This document shows positions 28,581 through 38,358 of a stretch of 64,000 nt of DNA, one piece after another. The position numbers were made by a program, and so were the translations under genes. Position 1 is the stretch's first letter. Every line of letters begins with the position of its first letter. Under the pieces are notes generated by a model. The model was not told the origin of the DNA, searched no databases, and worked only from the letters and a program-made list of their open reading frames with translations. Source of the DNA: Bdellovibrio sp. ZAP7 (GTDB lineage: Bacteria; Bdellovibrionota; FAC87; UBA2466); assembly GCA_945878405.1 (NCBI GenBank), contig CAMCTJ010000005.1, forward strand, positions 22,350 to 86,349, read 5' to 3'.

Positions 28581-28681
28581 GAGGCTGTCAAAACTTTAGA
28601 CAACTCTCCAAAACCTCATCAAAAAGAGGGAGTCCTCTAGCCGAGAATACGCTGGTCTTCAGTTTGCACCCTATAAAGGGC

Positions 28682-28816
28682 ATGAGAATCATTTTAATCC
28701 TTAGCCTTCTGGTTCTAGCCTCTTGTGGCCGTGCAAATTCTGGAGGCGCTGATCTCAATAAATGTGCTGTGGTGAACGGAGTTCAATTCTGTTCATTGAT
28801 TGCCTCCCCCAAATAA
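28682..28816 (+). CDS. Small 44-aa lipoprotein (below the ORF-track cutoff)
   Basis: MRIILILSLLVLASC|GRANSGGADLNKCAVVNGVQFCSLIASPK; lipobox LASC; purine-rich run before the ATG; fills an otherwise empty gap. Confidence 0.6.
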   Translation: MRIILILSLLVLASCGRANSGGADLNKCAVVNGVQFCSLIASPK

Positions 28817-28831
28817 ACTACACTCTCGCGA

Positions 28832-30055
28832 ATGTCCCAAACCAATAAGAAGTCTGTCCTCGGCCTTGTCTTTTTTACTGTTTTTTTGGATCTCATCGGT
28901 TTTGGAATCCTTATCCCCATTCAACCCTTCTATGCACAAAAATTAGGGGCAAGCCCTGCTGTTATTACGATTTTGGGAGCTTCATTTTCTGCAATGCAAT
29001 TTTTATTTGGCTCTTTCTGGGGACGTCTCTCAGATCGAATCGGGCGACGGCCCATCATGTTGACCAGCATTGCGATCACTGCGCTGGGATATTTCATGTT
29101 TGGCATTTCTAATTCCCTCACGGTTCTTTTTCTAGCTCGAATGCTTTCTGGTTTGGGAAGTGCAAATATCGGAACGGCTCAAGCGATTATTGCCGATAGC
29201 ACAGATAAGGAAAATCGAGCTAAAGGGATGGGCCTGATTGGTGCTGCTTTTGGTTTGGGCTTTATCTTTGGGCCAGTTCTTGGCGGAATTTTTGTAAGAT
29301 TTGGTTTAGCAGCTCCTGCTTTTATTGCAGCAGCGCTTTCATCGATGAATTGGGTTTTTGCCTTTTTCAAACTTCCTGAAACTAGTCCCGTTAATCGTTC
29401 CGATGCTCCCAAAAATGAAATTTCCATTCGTCCTCAGCTTTCGTGGACCGCTCTAAAGCATGCGGCAAGGCATCCCCACGTTGGATATCTTTTCTTCACG
29501 TTTTTTATTTTTTCTGCTGCTTTCTCAATGATGGAAAACGTTTTGGGGCTTTTTATCCAGCACTACTGGGTCCCCATGGGAACTTTAGGAGCTGAAGTTG
29601 AAGGAACGCAATCAGCAAGTCTCACTGCCTATATGTTAATTGTAGTGGGCTGTACCGCAACTTTGGTGCAGGGCTATTTAATTGGAAAGCTCGCCAAGCG
29701 ATTTGGAGAAAATAAATTACTAGCGACGGGTCCTGTTTTAGTGGGAATTAGTTTTCTTTTGATTCCCTTTATTGGATGGTCGGGTGTGTATCCAGGAATG
29801 TTGGGAATCGCATTTGTGATGGCCTGTGGATCAGGAGTTACTTACCCCTCGCTCTCTAGTCTTATTTCCCGTTCAGTTGATCCCGATGAACAGGGCGGAG
29901 CACTTGGGTTAGGCCAATCCCTAGCTGCTTTAGGAAGGGTCTTGGGCCCTTCGGTATCAGGTCTTCTTTTTCAAATTTATCCCGGGCTTCCCTTTTGGAC
30001 TGGCTCCGTTCTTCTTTTGATTACCGGAATTCTTGCTTTTGTGTTTCTGCGGTAA
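28832..30055 (+). CDS. MFS transporter, TetA/DHA1 family
   Basis: GRLSDRIGRRP motif A; GAAFGLGFIFGPVLGG antiporter motif C; 12 TM. Confidence 0.92.
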   Translation: MSQTNKKSVLGLVFFTVFLDLIGFGILIPIQPFYAQKLGASPAVITILGASFSAMQFLFGSFWGRLSDRIGRRPIMLTSIAITALGYFMFGISNSLTVLFLARMLSGLGSANIGTAQAIIADSTDKENRAKGMGLIGAAFGLGFIFGPVLGGIFVRFGLAAPAFIAAALSSMNWVFAFFKLPETSPVNRSDAPKNEISIRPQLSWTALKHAARHPHVGYLFFTFFIFSAAFSMMENVLGLFIQHYWVPMGTLGAEVEGTQSASLTAYMLIVVGCTATLVQGYLIGKLAKRFGENKLLATGPVLVGISFLLIPFIGWSGVYPGMLGIAFVMACGSGVTYPSLSSLISRSVDPDEQGGALGLGQSLAALGRVLGPSVSGLLFQIYPGLPFWTGSVLLLITGILAFVFLR

Positions 30056-30128
30056 GCCAAAGAAATCTAACCTATTCCTAAAAGATCTCTGATAGTCCCT
30101 TATTAAAAATGGTCGACACTTTCTTTAA

Positions 30129-30920
30129 ATGTACTTGGCTGACTTTCATCTCCACTCCAATTTTAGCGATGGAAAACTCAGTATTCCCGCTTTAGTTGAT
30201 TATTATGGAAAAAGAGGCTTCGGAGCGATTGCCATTACCGATCACTTTTGCGAACAGACTTCACTGATTGGTAGAGCTTCCACTTATTTGGGTGTGACAC
30301 TTACCACCGCTACTTTTCCGATTTATCGAGAGCTCCTTAAGTCAGAGCAGGAGAGGGCCTGGGATCAGTACGGAATGTGTCTCATTCCAGGTGTTGAAAT
30401 AACTAAAAATTCAATTTTGAATCATCGATCAGCTCACTTTTTAGTTTTGGGAAATTTGGAGAACATCGATCCCAATCTAGATATTAGTGAATTATCCGAT
30501 CGGGTTCGACCTGAGGGGGCTTTGGTCATTGCAGCTCATCCCGTTTCGACTCAGAAAATTGAAAAGCAAACTTTTCACCTCTGGGATAGGCGGGAAGAAT
30601 TAGCCCCTAAGGTGGATGCCTGGGAAGTAGCGAGCGGGCCTTATTTATTCGATGAAGTCAGATATTCCGGTCTTCCCATGATTGCCAATAGCGATTTCCA
30701 TTCCGAGAAAAACATGACGTCTTGGAAAACGCTTCTTTCCTGTGAAAAGAAGCAAGAAGCTGTTCTTCAGGCCATAAAAAAACAACAACTTGATTTTCAA
30801 TTCTACCGTGAGGAAACAGTACGTGAGCCTTCTTATTCTACTCTCCCTTGGATTATGGGTCCTCAATTGGGCCATTATGGGATGGGGAACGTGGATAGCC
30901 TTCAAGCAATTTCAAAATAG
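30129..30920 (+). CDS. PHP-domain phosphoesterase
   Basis: DFHLHSNFSDG, AITDH, GVEIT, AHP, NSDFH. Confidence 0.88.
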   Translation: MYLADFHLHSNFSDGKLSIPALVDYYGKRGFGAIAITDHFCEQTSLIGRASTYLGVTLTTATFPIYRELLKSEQERAWDQYGMCLIPGVEITKNSILNHRSAHFLVLGNLENIDPNLDISELSDRVRPEGALVIAAHPVSTQKIEKQTFHLWDRREELAPKVDAWEVASGPYLFDEVRYSGLPMIANSDFHSEKNMTSWKTLLSCEKKQEAVLQAIKKQQLDFQFYREETVREPSYSTLPWIMGPQLGHYGMGNVDSLQAISK

Positions 30921-31965
30921 GCGGGAAGAAGAACCATCGTCTCTTGCTCCAGTATCTATTCTGAAGCCCTTAAAAGGAGTTGATGAAGGCTTACTTGAAA
31001 ACCTGGAAAGTTTTTTTAAACTCAACTATCCCTCCTACGAAATTCTCTTCTCTGTGACTGAAAATACAGAGCCGGCCATTTCTGTAGTTCAAAAACTCCT
31101 TTCCAAATATCCCTCTGCCGATGCCAAGCTGGTTTGTGAACCACAGAACACAGGACCCAATCCAAAAATAAATAATTTAATGACCGCCTACGAACTTGCA
31201 AAGCACGATGTGATCTTGATCAGTGACTCAAATATTCGAGTCAAACCTAACTACCTTCTTAATTTAGTTCCAGATCTGCGAGATTCAGTGGGAATCATAA
31301 CGGCTGTTGTAGCAGGCGTGTCTGCTAAGGGACTGGGAGGGTGGCTGGAAGCTTCTTATTTAAACACTTTCTTCGCCAGATGGATGGTGCTGACGAAAAA
31401 ACTAGGATTTCCCAGCGTCATAGGAAAGTCGATGCTCTTCAGAAAAAGCATCTTGAAGAGACTCGGGGGCCTAAAAACGTTAGGGCACTATATCGCTGAG
31501 GACTACATGGCTGGACATGGCATCCAGAAATTAGATCTCACAGTTGAGTTGATGCGATCACCGATAGAGCAGTTCATTGGTCCCTATTCCTATCAAAACT
31601 TTTGGGCCCGGCATTTGAGGTGGGGAAGAATTAGAAAATCTATCGCTCCCCTTGCATTTTTGATTGAACCTTTATTTTTTTCCACTTTCTCTGGCGTTGC
31701 CGGAGCTATTTCCTTGAACGTGTTATTTGGGTTTTCTCCTCTTACGGTGTGGGGCCTCCACATGGCACTGTGGGGAATCTGTGATGGTTTGATTTATCAA
31801 TTGATGGATCGGTTTTCTTGGAAAGCCCTGGGGGCGTGGGTTGTCCGGGAGGGCCTAGCGCCGCTTCTTTGGATTTCCATTCTTTCTGGAAACACAGTTT
31901 CCTGGAGAGGAAGAGACTACCGACTACTGAAGGGTGGGTTGTTAGCTGAGGGAAGAACCACATGA
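30823..31965 (+). CDS. Ceramide glucosyltransferase / HpnI-like glycosyltransferase (GT21)
   Basis: N-terminal TM; SILKPLKG, NPKINN, ISDSN, GKSMLFRK, IAEDY, RHLRW, C-terminal WRG. Start uncertain. Confidence 0.85.
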   Translation: MSLLILLSLGLWVLNWAIMGWGTWIAFKQFQNRREEEPSSLAPVSILKPLKGVDEGLLENLESFFKLNYPSYEILFSVTENTEPAISVVQKLLSKYPSADAKLVCEPQNTGPNPKINNLMTAYELAKHDVILISDSNIRVKPNYLLNLVPDLRDSVGIITAVVAGVSAKGLGGWLEASYLNTFFARWMVLTKKLGFPSVIGKSMLFRKSILKRLGGLKTLGHYIAEDYMAGHGIQKLDLTVELMRSPIEQFIGPYSYQNFWARHLRWGRIRKSIAPLAFLIEPLFFSTFSGVAGAISLNVLFGFSPLTVWGLHMALWGICDGLIYQLMDRFSWKALGAWVVREGLAPLLWISILSGNTVSWRGRDYRLLKGGLLAEGRTT

Positions 31966-33296
31966 ATTTTCTTTGGGGGGCCGCTACCAGTAGTCACCAA
32001 ATCGAGGGATACAACACCGGTAATGATTGGTGGGCTTGGGAACAAACCGGAGCGATTGATCGAAAAGAAGTGAGTGGGCCTGCAACAGATCATCGAAATC
32101 GTTTTCGAGAAGATCTTGGACTTGCGAAAGAACTGGGCCTGAATTCTTATCGACTCTCTATCGAATGGTCTCGAATCGAGCCAGAAGAAGGGAGATGGGA
32201 TTCACAGGCTCTTGAATGGTATGCAGAAGTATTGGCTGAGTGTGAGAGATTATCTCTTTTACCGATGGTGACTCTTCATCACTTTACTTCGCCTCTCTGG
32301 TTTGCGGAGCAGGGAGATTTCACCTCTGAGCTTTCGTATCACAAGTTTGCCAATTACGTGCGAAAGATTGTTAAAACTTTAGGTAATCGGATTCCACTCT
32401 GGTGTACTTTTAATGAGCCCGTCATTATGTGCGTTGGTAAATATTTAGCAGGCTTTCAGCCCCCTGCTATTTACGATCCTTCCAATTGTTCCAAGATGTT
32501 TCGAGGAATTCTCAAATCTCACGTACGGGCTTACGATCTCATTCACTCTGAAATGCCTCATCGAAGAGGACCCTGGAGGCATCATCCCCTCATGGTCGGA
32601 TATGCCCATAATATGATGGATTTTGTTCCCGCTCGTCACTGGCATCCCATGGAGCGATTTCTAACATTCGTGGGTCGAAGCTTCTACAACCAGAGTTGGC
32701 TGGACGCCACTACCGGTAAACCACACAAATTTGGAATAACCGGTTTGGTTCCCACTGCTCCCGAAGTCAAAGAAGCTTTGGGGAGAGTCACCACTGATTT
32801 TATTGGAATCAATTATTATTCGAAAGCGATCATGCGGTGGAGAGCGAAGGGAGAACATTTCGAAACATCCCCGGGCTTTCCTTTTGGAGTGGGTTTCGGT
32901 GATCCGGGGCAGCCAGTTTCGGAAATGGGATGGGGATTTCATCCCGAGGGGCTTCGTCGAATGATTCGTTTTGCCCAAGCGTATGGCTTGCCTCTGTTCA
33001 TTACAGAAAACGGAATAGCAGATGGGCCCGATCGTTATCGAAGTGAGTATGTCCGAGACCACCTCCGAGTGGTTGCAGCTGAGATCGCCCAGGGAACTGA
33101 TATTCGCGGTTATTTTTACTGGTCGTTACTCGACAATTTTGAATGGGTTAAGGGGTTTCTTCCGCGCTTTGGTTTAATTGAAGTGAATTACGATACGTTT
33201 AAGCGAACGCCCCGCCCTTCTTTTTATGAGCTTCAGAAGATCATCTCCTTACACCAGCAGGGCCACTCCGCTCCGAGTGGTAAGTTGCTGAAATAA
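31962..33296 (+). CDS. Glycoside hydrolase family 1 beta-glucosidase
   Basis: FLWGAATSSHQIEG, TFNEP (acid/base), ITENG (nucleophile), WSLLDNFEW. Confidence 0.95.
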   Translation: MNFLWGAATSSHQIEGYNTGNDWWAWEQTGAIDRKEVSGPATDHRNRFREDLGLAKELGLNSYRLSIEWSRIEPEEGRWDSQALEWYAEVLAECERLSLLPMVTLHHFTSPLWFAEQGDFTSELSYHKFANYVRKIVKTLGNRIPLWCTFNEPVIMCVGKYLAGFQPPAIYDPSNCSKMFRGILKSHVRAYDLIHSEMPHRRGPWRHHPLMVGYAHNMMDFVPARHWHPMERFLTFVGRSFYNQSWLDATTGKPHKFGITGLVPTAPEVKEALGRVTTDFIGINYYSKAIMRWRAKGEHFETSPGFPFGVGFGDPGQPVSEMGWGFHPEGLRRMIRFAQAYGLPLFITENGIADGPDRYRSEYVRDHLRVVAAEIAQGTDIRGYFYWSLLDNFEWVKGFLPRFGLIEVNYDTFKRTPRPSFYELQKIISLHQQGHSAPSGKLLK

Positions 33297-33319
33297 AAAG
33301 AAAAAAAATCGAGCTATCC

Positions 33320-33336
33320 CTAACCAAATCTTAACA
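33320..33336 (+). promoter_or_regulatory. Putative Pho box upstream of pstS
   Basis: Direct repeat CTAACC-AAATC-TTAACA with 11-bp periodicity. Confidence 0.5.
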
Positions 33337-33403
33337 CACCAAATAGCGCCAAATTCGTAAATTCTGCCCAAAATGTAGGCCCAAAATCTAACTGGAGGTT
33401 TTT

Positions 33404-34417
33404 ATGAGAAAGTATCTTTGGCTCCTAAGTTTAGCGCTGTTTCCTGCCTTTTTCTGCCACGCAAATACCCTTATCAATGGGGCAGGAGCTACTTTTCCTT
33501 ATCCTCTTTATTCGCGTTGGTTCAGTGACTATCAAAAAATTTCTCCCTCTACTCAGATTAATTATCAATCCATTGGAAGCGGTGGAGGGATTCGCCAGTT
33601 TACAGACAAAACGATCGATTTTGGTGCTAGCGATAGCCCCATGACTGATGAACAGTTAAAAAAAGTAGGTGAGCCCGTCATTCATATTCCTACTGCCATT
33701 GGCTCTGTAGTTGTCAGTTACAATCTTCCTAAACAGAAAAAACTTAAACTCACTTCCGATTTAATAGCGGCTATCTTTTTGGGAGATTTAAAGAAGTGGG
33801 AAGATCCTCGATTAAAAAAGTTGAATCCCGATTTAACGGCTACCGGTGACATCGTGCTCATTCACCGATCGGACGGAAGTGGGACCACTGCGGTGTTCAC
33901 TGATTATTTGTCTAAAGTGAGTTCGCAATGGAAAGAAAAAGTAGGCACTGGTACTTCAGTGAAATTTCCAGTGGGACTCGGAGGTAAGGGAAATGAAGGG
34001 GTTGCAGGGTTAATCAAACAAACGCCTTTCAGTCTGGGATATATCGAGTTTGTCTATGCAAAAACGAACCAGCTTCCCATGGCAACTTTGCAAAATTCTA
34101 AAGGGGAATTTGTGGAGCCTTCTCTTGCTAGCTTAACTGCAGCTGCAAATGCCATGATGAGCTCAATGCCTCCGGATTATCGGCTCTCGATCACCAATTC
34201 TGCTGGAAAGGGTGCTTACCCGATTAGCTCATTCACTTACTTATTGATCCGCCAAGACATGTCTGCTTCAGAAAAGGGAACAGCTTTAGTTGGGTTTCTG
34301 AAATGGGCACTCACAGAAGGGCAAAAAACAGCAGCTGCTTTAGACTATGCTCCACTCCCTGTGGCTCTTGAGAAGAAACTGCAAAACACGGTTCAAACCA
34401 TTAAAGTTGCTCAGTGA
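33404..34417 (+). CDS. pstS: Phosphate ABC transporter substrate-binding protein
   Basis: GAGATFPYP, GSGGG, RSDGSGTT, GKGNEGV, YPI. Confidence 0.97.
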   Translation: MRKYLWLLSLALFPAFFCHANTLINGAGATFPYPLYSRWFSDYQKISPSTQINYQSIGSGGGIRQFTDKTIDFGASDSPMTDEQLKKVGEPVIHIPTAIGSVVVSYNLPKQKKLKLTSDLIAAIFLGDLKKWEDPRLKKLNPDLTATGDIVLIHRSDGSGTTAVFTDYLSKVSSQWKEKVGTGTSVKFPVGLGGKGNEGVAGLIKQTPFSLGYIEFVYAKTNQLPMATLQNSKGEFVEPSLASLTAAANAMMSSMPPDYRLSITNSAGKGAYPISSFTYLLIRQDMSASEKGTALVGFLKWALTEGQKTAAALDYAPLPVALEKKLQNTVQTIKVAQ

Positions 34418-35337
34418 TTAAGCCTCCTAAAAGAAAAGACGTTCGCCGGGCCGATCGGGTCTTTTTTGGGGTCATTCGATCTCTTTCGGCATTGATTGTT
34501 CTTGCGCTCGTATCGATGGGGCTTTTTCTTTTTGATGCTTCAGAGCTTGCAATAAAGAAAAATGGATTTGTTTCGTTTATCCTCAGTTCCGAATGGGATC
34601 CCGTTCAGGATGCTTACGGGGCTCTTCCCGTGATTTTTGGTACGGTTGTTTCTTCACTCTTAAGTCTGTTAATTGCTTTTCCTCTGAGTGTTGGAATTGC
34701 TCTTTTTCTAAATGAAATCGCACCAGCGAAACTAGCTCGCGTTACCGGTTTCTTAGTTGAAATGTTAGCTGCAATCCCTAGTGTGATTTACGGACTCTGG
34801 GGAATTTTTGTTCTTCTCCCCTGGCTCCGAGTTCATGTTCAACCCTTTCTCATTAGTAAACTTGGATTTTTACCCCTCTTTCAAGGACCAGCCTACGGAG
34901 TGGGGATGTTTTCGGCCGGTTTGATTTTGTCTCTGATGATTCTCCCCACTATTTCCTCTATCGCCAGAGAAGTCTTTGCAGCTATTCCCAGAATTCAACG
35001 AGAATCTGCTCTAGCTCTAGGAGCTACTCGTTGGGAAATGATTAAGCTTGCTGTATTAAAGAGCTCTAAAGGTGGCTTGTTTGGTGCGATGATGTTGGGG
35101 CTCGGTCGTGCGCTCGGAGAAACGATGGCTGTCACTATGGTGATCGGAAATAGAGCCCAAATTGTGAGTTCCTTGTTTGCTCCAGCGCAAACCATGGCAA
35201 GTGTCATTGCCAATGAATATGCAGAAGCGACAAGCGATATTCACTTGTCTTCTCTCGCTCTGGTTGGTCTTCTCTTGTTCTTAGTCACTTTCGTCACCAG
35301 CAGCATTGCTCGAATTTTGATCTGGAGAGTGAAGTGA
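34414..35337 (+). CDS. pstC: Phosphate ABC transporter permease
   Basis: LAAIPSVIYGLWG, LGRALGETMAV. Confidence 0.96.
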   Translation: MIKPPKRKDVRRADRVFFGVIRSLSALIVLALVSMGLFLFDASELAIKKNGFVSFILSSEWDPVQDAYGALPVIFGTVVSSLLSLLIAFPLSVGIALFLNEIAPAKLARVTGFLVEMLAAIPSVIYGLWGIFVLLPWLRVHVQPFLISKLGFLPLFQGPAYGVGMFSAGLILSLMILPTISSIAREVFAAIPRIQRESALALGATRWEMIKLAVLKSSKGGLFGAMMLGLGRALGETMAVTMVIGNRAQIVSSLFAPAQTMASVIANEYAEATSDIHLSSLALVGLLLFLVTFVTSSIARILIWRVK

Positions 35338-36218
35338 CCACTCTTCGAAAACAAATTGGAGATTTTACTCGTCTTCGTTATAAGCGACGCAAAACACTGA
35401 GCCTTTGGATGACGTTCTTGCTGAGCTTAGCTGCGATTTCAGCTTGTGCTGCTCTCTTTGCGGTGTTTGGGTATGTCATTATTCAAGGGGTTCCCCACTT
35501 AACCCTTTCCTTTTTTACAGGTCTTCCCAAGCCCGTAGGAGAAGTGGGGGGAGGTATGTTGAATGCCCTCGTCGGAAGTGTGCTCATGGTCTTTTTGGCG
35601 AGTGTGGTTGGAATCCCTTGGGGAATAGCCACGGGAATGTACTTGTCGGAATATGGTCGAGGACGATTTGCATTTTGTGTTCGTTTTTGCTCTGACATGC
35701 TGTCTTCGGTTCCTTCGATTGTGATTGGTCTTTTCGTTTATGTCTTAATGGTTAAACCCATGCATCGTTTTTCTGGGTTGGCAGGTTCGCTAGCACTTGC
35801 ACTTATTATGGTTCCCATCGTTGCTCGAAACACGGAAGAACTTTTAAAATTAGTTCCTCAGCACATTCGAGAAGCAGGACTAGCTCTTGGAATTCCTCGA
35901 TGGAAAGTAACGCTGTGGATAGTATTGAGGGGAAGTTTAGGCGGAATTACGACGGGCGTGATGCTGGGAATTGCTCGAATTGCGGGAGAAACCGCACCGC
36001 TGCTCTTTACTGCTCTTAACAATCGATTTTTCTCAATTGCACCAGATCAACCAATGGCCTCTCTGCCGGTTCAAATCTACACGTATGCGATTGCTCCTTT
36101 CGAAGATTGGAATCGACAAGCCTGGTCGGGTGCTTTTGTTTTAATCCTCTTTGTGTTTATGTTAAATATTGTTACTCGGATAGTTTTAAGACCCGGGCGA
36201 GGAAGTGTAAGGGACTAA
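35334..36218 (+). CDS. pstA: Phosphate ABC transporter permease
   Basis: VPSIVIGLF, REAGLALG, ARIAGETAPLL. Confidence 0.96.
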   Translation: MTTLRKQIGDFTRLRYKRRKTLSLWMTFLLSLAAISACAALFAVFGYVIIQGVPHLTLSFFTGLPKPVGEVGGGMLNALVGSVLMVFLASVVGIPWGIATGMYLSEYGRGRFAFCVRFCSDMLSSVPSIVIGLFVYVLMVKPMHRFSGLAGSLALALIMVPIVARNTEELLKLVPQHIREAGLALGIPRWKVTLWIVLRGSLGGITTGVMLGIARIAGETAPLLFTALNNRFFSIAPDQPMASLPVQIYTYAIAPFEDWNRQAWSGAFVLILFVFMLNIVTRIVLRPGRGSVRD

Positions 36219-36980
36219 ATGTCGGAAAGTATTTTAAAAGCAGAAAATCTAAACGCCTGGTTTGGGCCTGTCCAAGCCCTCAAGAATATTGATCTTGAGT
36301 TTTCACCCCATTCGGTAACGGCGCTGATTGGTCCGTCGGGCTGTGGAAAATCCACTTTTGTTCGGTGTCTCAATCGATTACATGAGGAAGTGCCTGGAGC
36401 TACGGCACAAGGAAAAGTAATTCTCCAGGGAAAGAACATCTACGATGTGGCGGTTGATCCGGTTCTTATTCGAAGAAAAATCGGAATGGTTTTTCAAAAG
36501 CCAAATCCTTTTCCCTCTTTGTCGATCATGGAAAATGTGGTGGCGGGTCTTAAATTAGCTGGAATACGTCGCAAAAGTATTTTAATGGAAGTAACAGAGC
36601 GAAGTCTCAAGCAAGCGGCTCTCTGGGATGAGGTGAAAGATAAATTAAATCAACCTGGGACGAGTTTATCGGGAGGACAGCAACAACGATTATGCATTGC
36701 CCGAGCCCTTGCCGTTGAGCCTCCCATTCTACTTATGGATGAACCCACCAGTGCGCTGGACCCTATTTCTACGGCTAAAATTGAAGAGCTCGTGGTGCAA
36801 TTGAAGAAGAACATGACCGTGATTATGGTCACCCATAACATGCAACAAGCTGCTAGAATTTCTGATAAAACAGCGTTTTTTCTTTTGGGAGACCTGGTAG
36901 AATTTGGGGAAACATCAAGCGTATTTACCGTCCCCAGAGAAAAACGAACGGAACAATACATCACTGGGAAATTTGGATAA
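36219..36980 (+). CDS. pstB: Phosphate ABC transporter ATP-binding protein
   Basis: [31 protein letters not shown]. Confidence 0.97.
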   Translation: MSESILKAENLNAWFGPVQALKNIDLEFSPHSVTALIGPSGCGKSTFVRCLNRLHEEVPGATAQGKVILQGKNIYDVAVDPVLIRRKIGMVFQKPNPFPSLSIMENVVAGLKLAGIRRKSILMEVTERSLKQAALWDEVKDKLNQPGTSLSGGQQQRLCIARALAVEPPILLMDEPTSALDPISTAKIEELVVQLKKNMTVIMVTHNMQQAARISDKTAFFLLGDLVEFGETSSVFTVPREKRTEQYITGKFG

Positions 36981-37663
36981 TGCAGAGAAGCTTAGATACA
37001 GGTTTAGGAGAAGTTAAAGCACAGTTAATCCAGATGGCTGGTTATCTTGAGGAAGCCGTCAAGTATTCCACGCTTGCGTGGAAAAATCGTTCGAGAGAAA
37101 TGATTGATAAAGTCAATCAGATCGAATCCAAAGTAAACCAAGCTCACATGGATATCGATGCGGCTTGTTTTAAACTTCTTGCAACTCAACAACCTCTAGC
37201 GTCTGATTTGAGATTTCTTTTATCAGTTGTGAAAATTAATACAGATCTGGAGCGAATGGCAGACCAAGCAGTCAACATTGCTAACAACACCGAATTTTAT
37301 TTGAAACACACCCCCTATCCTGATCTGGCAGATCTCATCAAAATGTCGGAGATTGTGCGGGAGTTGGTAAAAGTCGCTATTGATTCATTTATTAATTCTG
37401 ATTCAGCTCTGGCAAAAAAGGTTGTAGACGAGGATGACCAGGTAGATCAATTAAAAGACAAAGTATTCCAAAACGCACTCGAAAGCATCAAGATGAAAAC
37501 GACAGATGCCGAGCAAGGATTGAATGTGATTCTCATTGCGAGAAATCTCGAGCGAATTGGAGATCACGCTACGAATATTGCGGAAGATGTAATTTTTAGT
37601 ATTTCTGGCAAAGACGTTCGCCATAGCCACTCGAGAGAAAAGGGGGGGCTCAATGAAAAATAA
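36980..37663 (+). CDS. phoU: Phosphate signalling complex protein
   Basis: QPLASDLR, DLERMAD, LERIGDHATNIAE. Confidence 0.96.
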   Translation: MQRSLDTGLGEVKAQLIQMAGYLEEAVKYSTLAWKNRSREMIDKVNQIESKVNQAHMDIDAACFKLLATQQPLASDLRFLLSVVKINTDLERMADQAVNIANNTEFYLKHTPYPDLADLIKMSEIVRELVKVAIDSFINSDSALAKKVVDEDDQVDQLKDKVFQNALESIKMKTTDAEQGLNVILIARNLERIGDHATNIAEDVIFSISGKDVRHSHSREKGGLNEK

Positions 37664-38348
37664 GGTCCTCATTGTAGAAGATGAACGAGACATCGCGGAT
37701 TTAATGGCCTTGCATTTAAAGAGAGATGGCATAGAGGTTGAAATTGCCGAGAATGGAGAACAAGCTTTTCAGAGTCTCGAAAATAAAAGTTTTGATCTTT
37801 TAATTCTTGATTGGATGCTCCCCGGTATTTCAGGTTTAGATATTTGTAAAAAAATTCGTCAGCCTGGCAGTAAATGTGAAATCACTCCGATTCTCCTAGT
37901 CACGGCGAGAGCGCAGACTTCCGATATTGTTTTGGGTCTGGAAATGGGTGCAGACGATTACATTACTAAGCCGTTTGACCTCTCTGTTTTTATTGCTCGG
38001 GTTCGGGCTCTTTTAAGAAGGTCTGTAAGAGGGGTTCAAACAGAAACTGAAAATCAGATTCAAATCGGCCATTTGGTCTTGGACACTGAAAGACACGAGG
38101 TCCGCTGTCACGCCGGTTTAGTAGATTTGACTCCCTCAGAATTCAAACTGCTCCACGCCATGATGAAAAACAGAGGAAGGGTTCTGACTCGTGAAAGATT
38201 AATTGAGTTGGTCCAAGGTGAAGGTGTTGCGGTGATTGATCGAGCCATTGATACCCATATTTTTGGCTTGAGAAAGAAATTGGGTGAGTGTGCTAACCTG
38301 GTAGAAACCATACGCGGAGTGGGCTATCGAGTGGCAGACACCCTATAG
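37653..38348 (+). CDS. phoB: Phosphate regulon response regulator (OmpR family)
   Basis: LDWMLPG, GADDYITKPF, ETIRGVGY; within the pst operon. Confidence 0.9.
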   Translation: MKNKVLIVEDERDIADLMALHLKRDGIEVEIAENGEQAFQSLENKSFDLLILDWMLPGISGLDICKKIRQPGSKCEITPILLVTARAQTSDIVLGLEMGADDYITKPFDLSVFIARVRALLRRSVRGVQTETENQIQIGHLVLDTERHEVRCHAGLVDLTPSEFKLLHAMMKNRGRVLTRERLIELVQGEGVAVIDRAIDTHIFGLRKKLGECANLVETIRGVGYRVADTL

Positions 38349-38358
38349 AATATAATTT

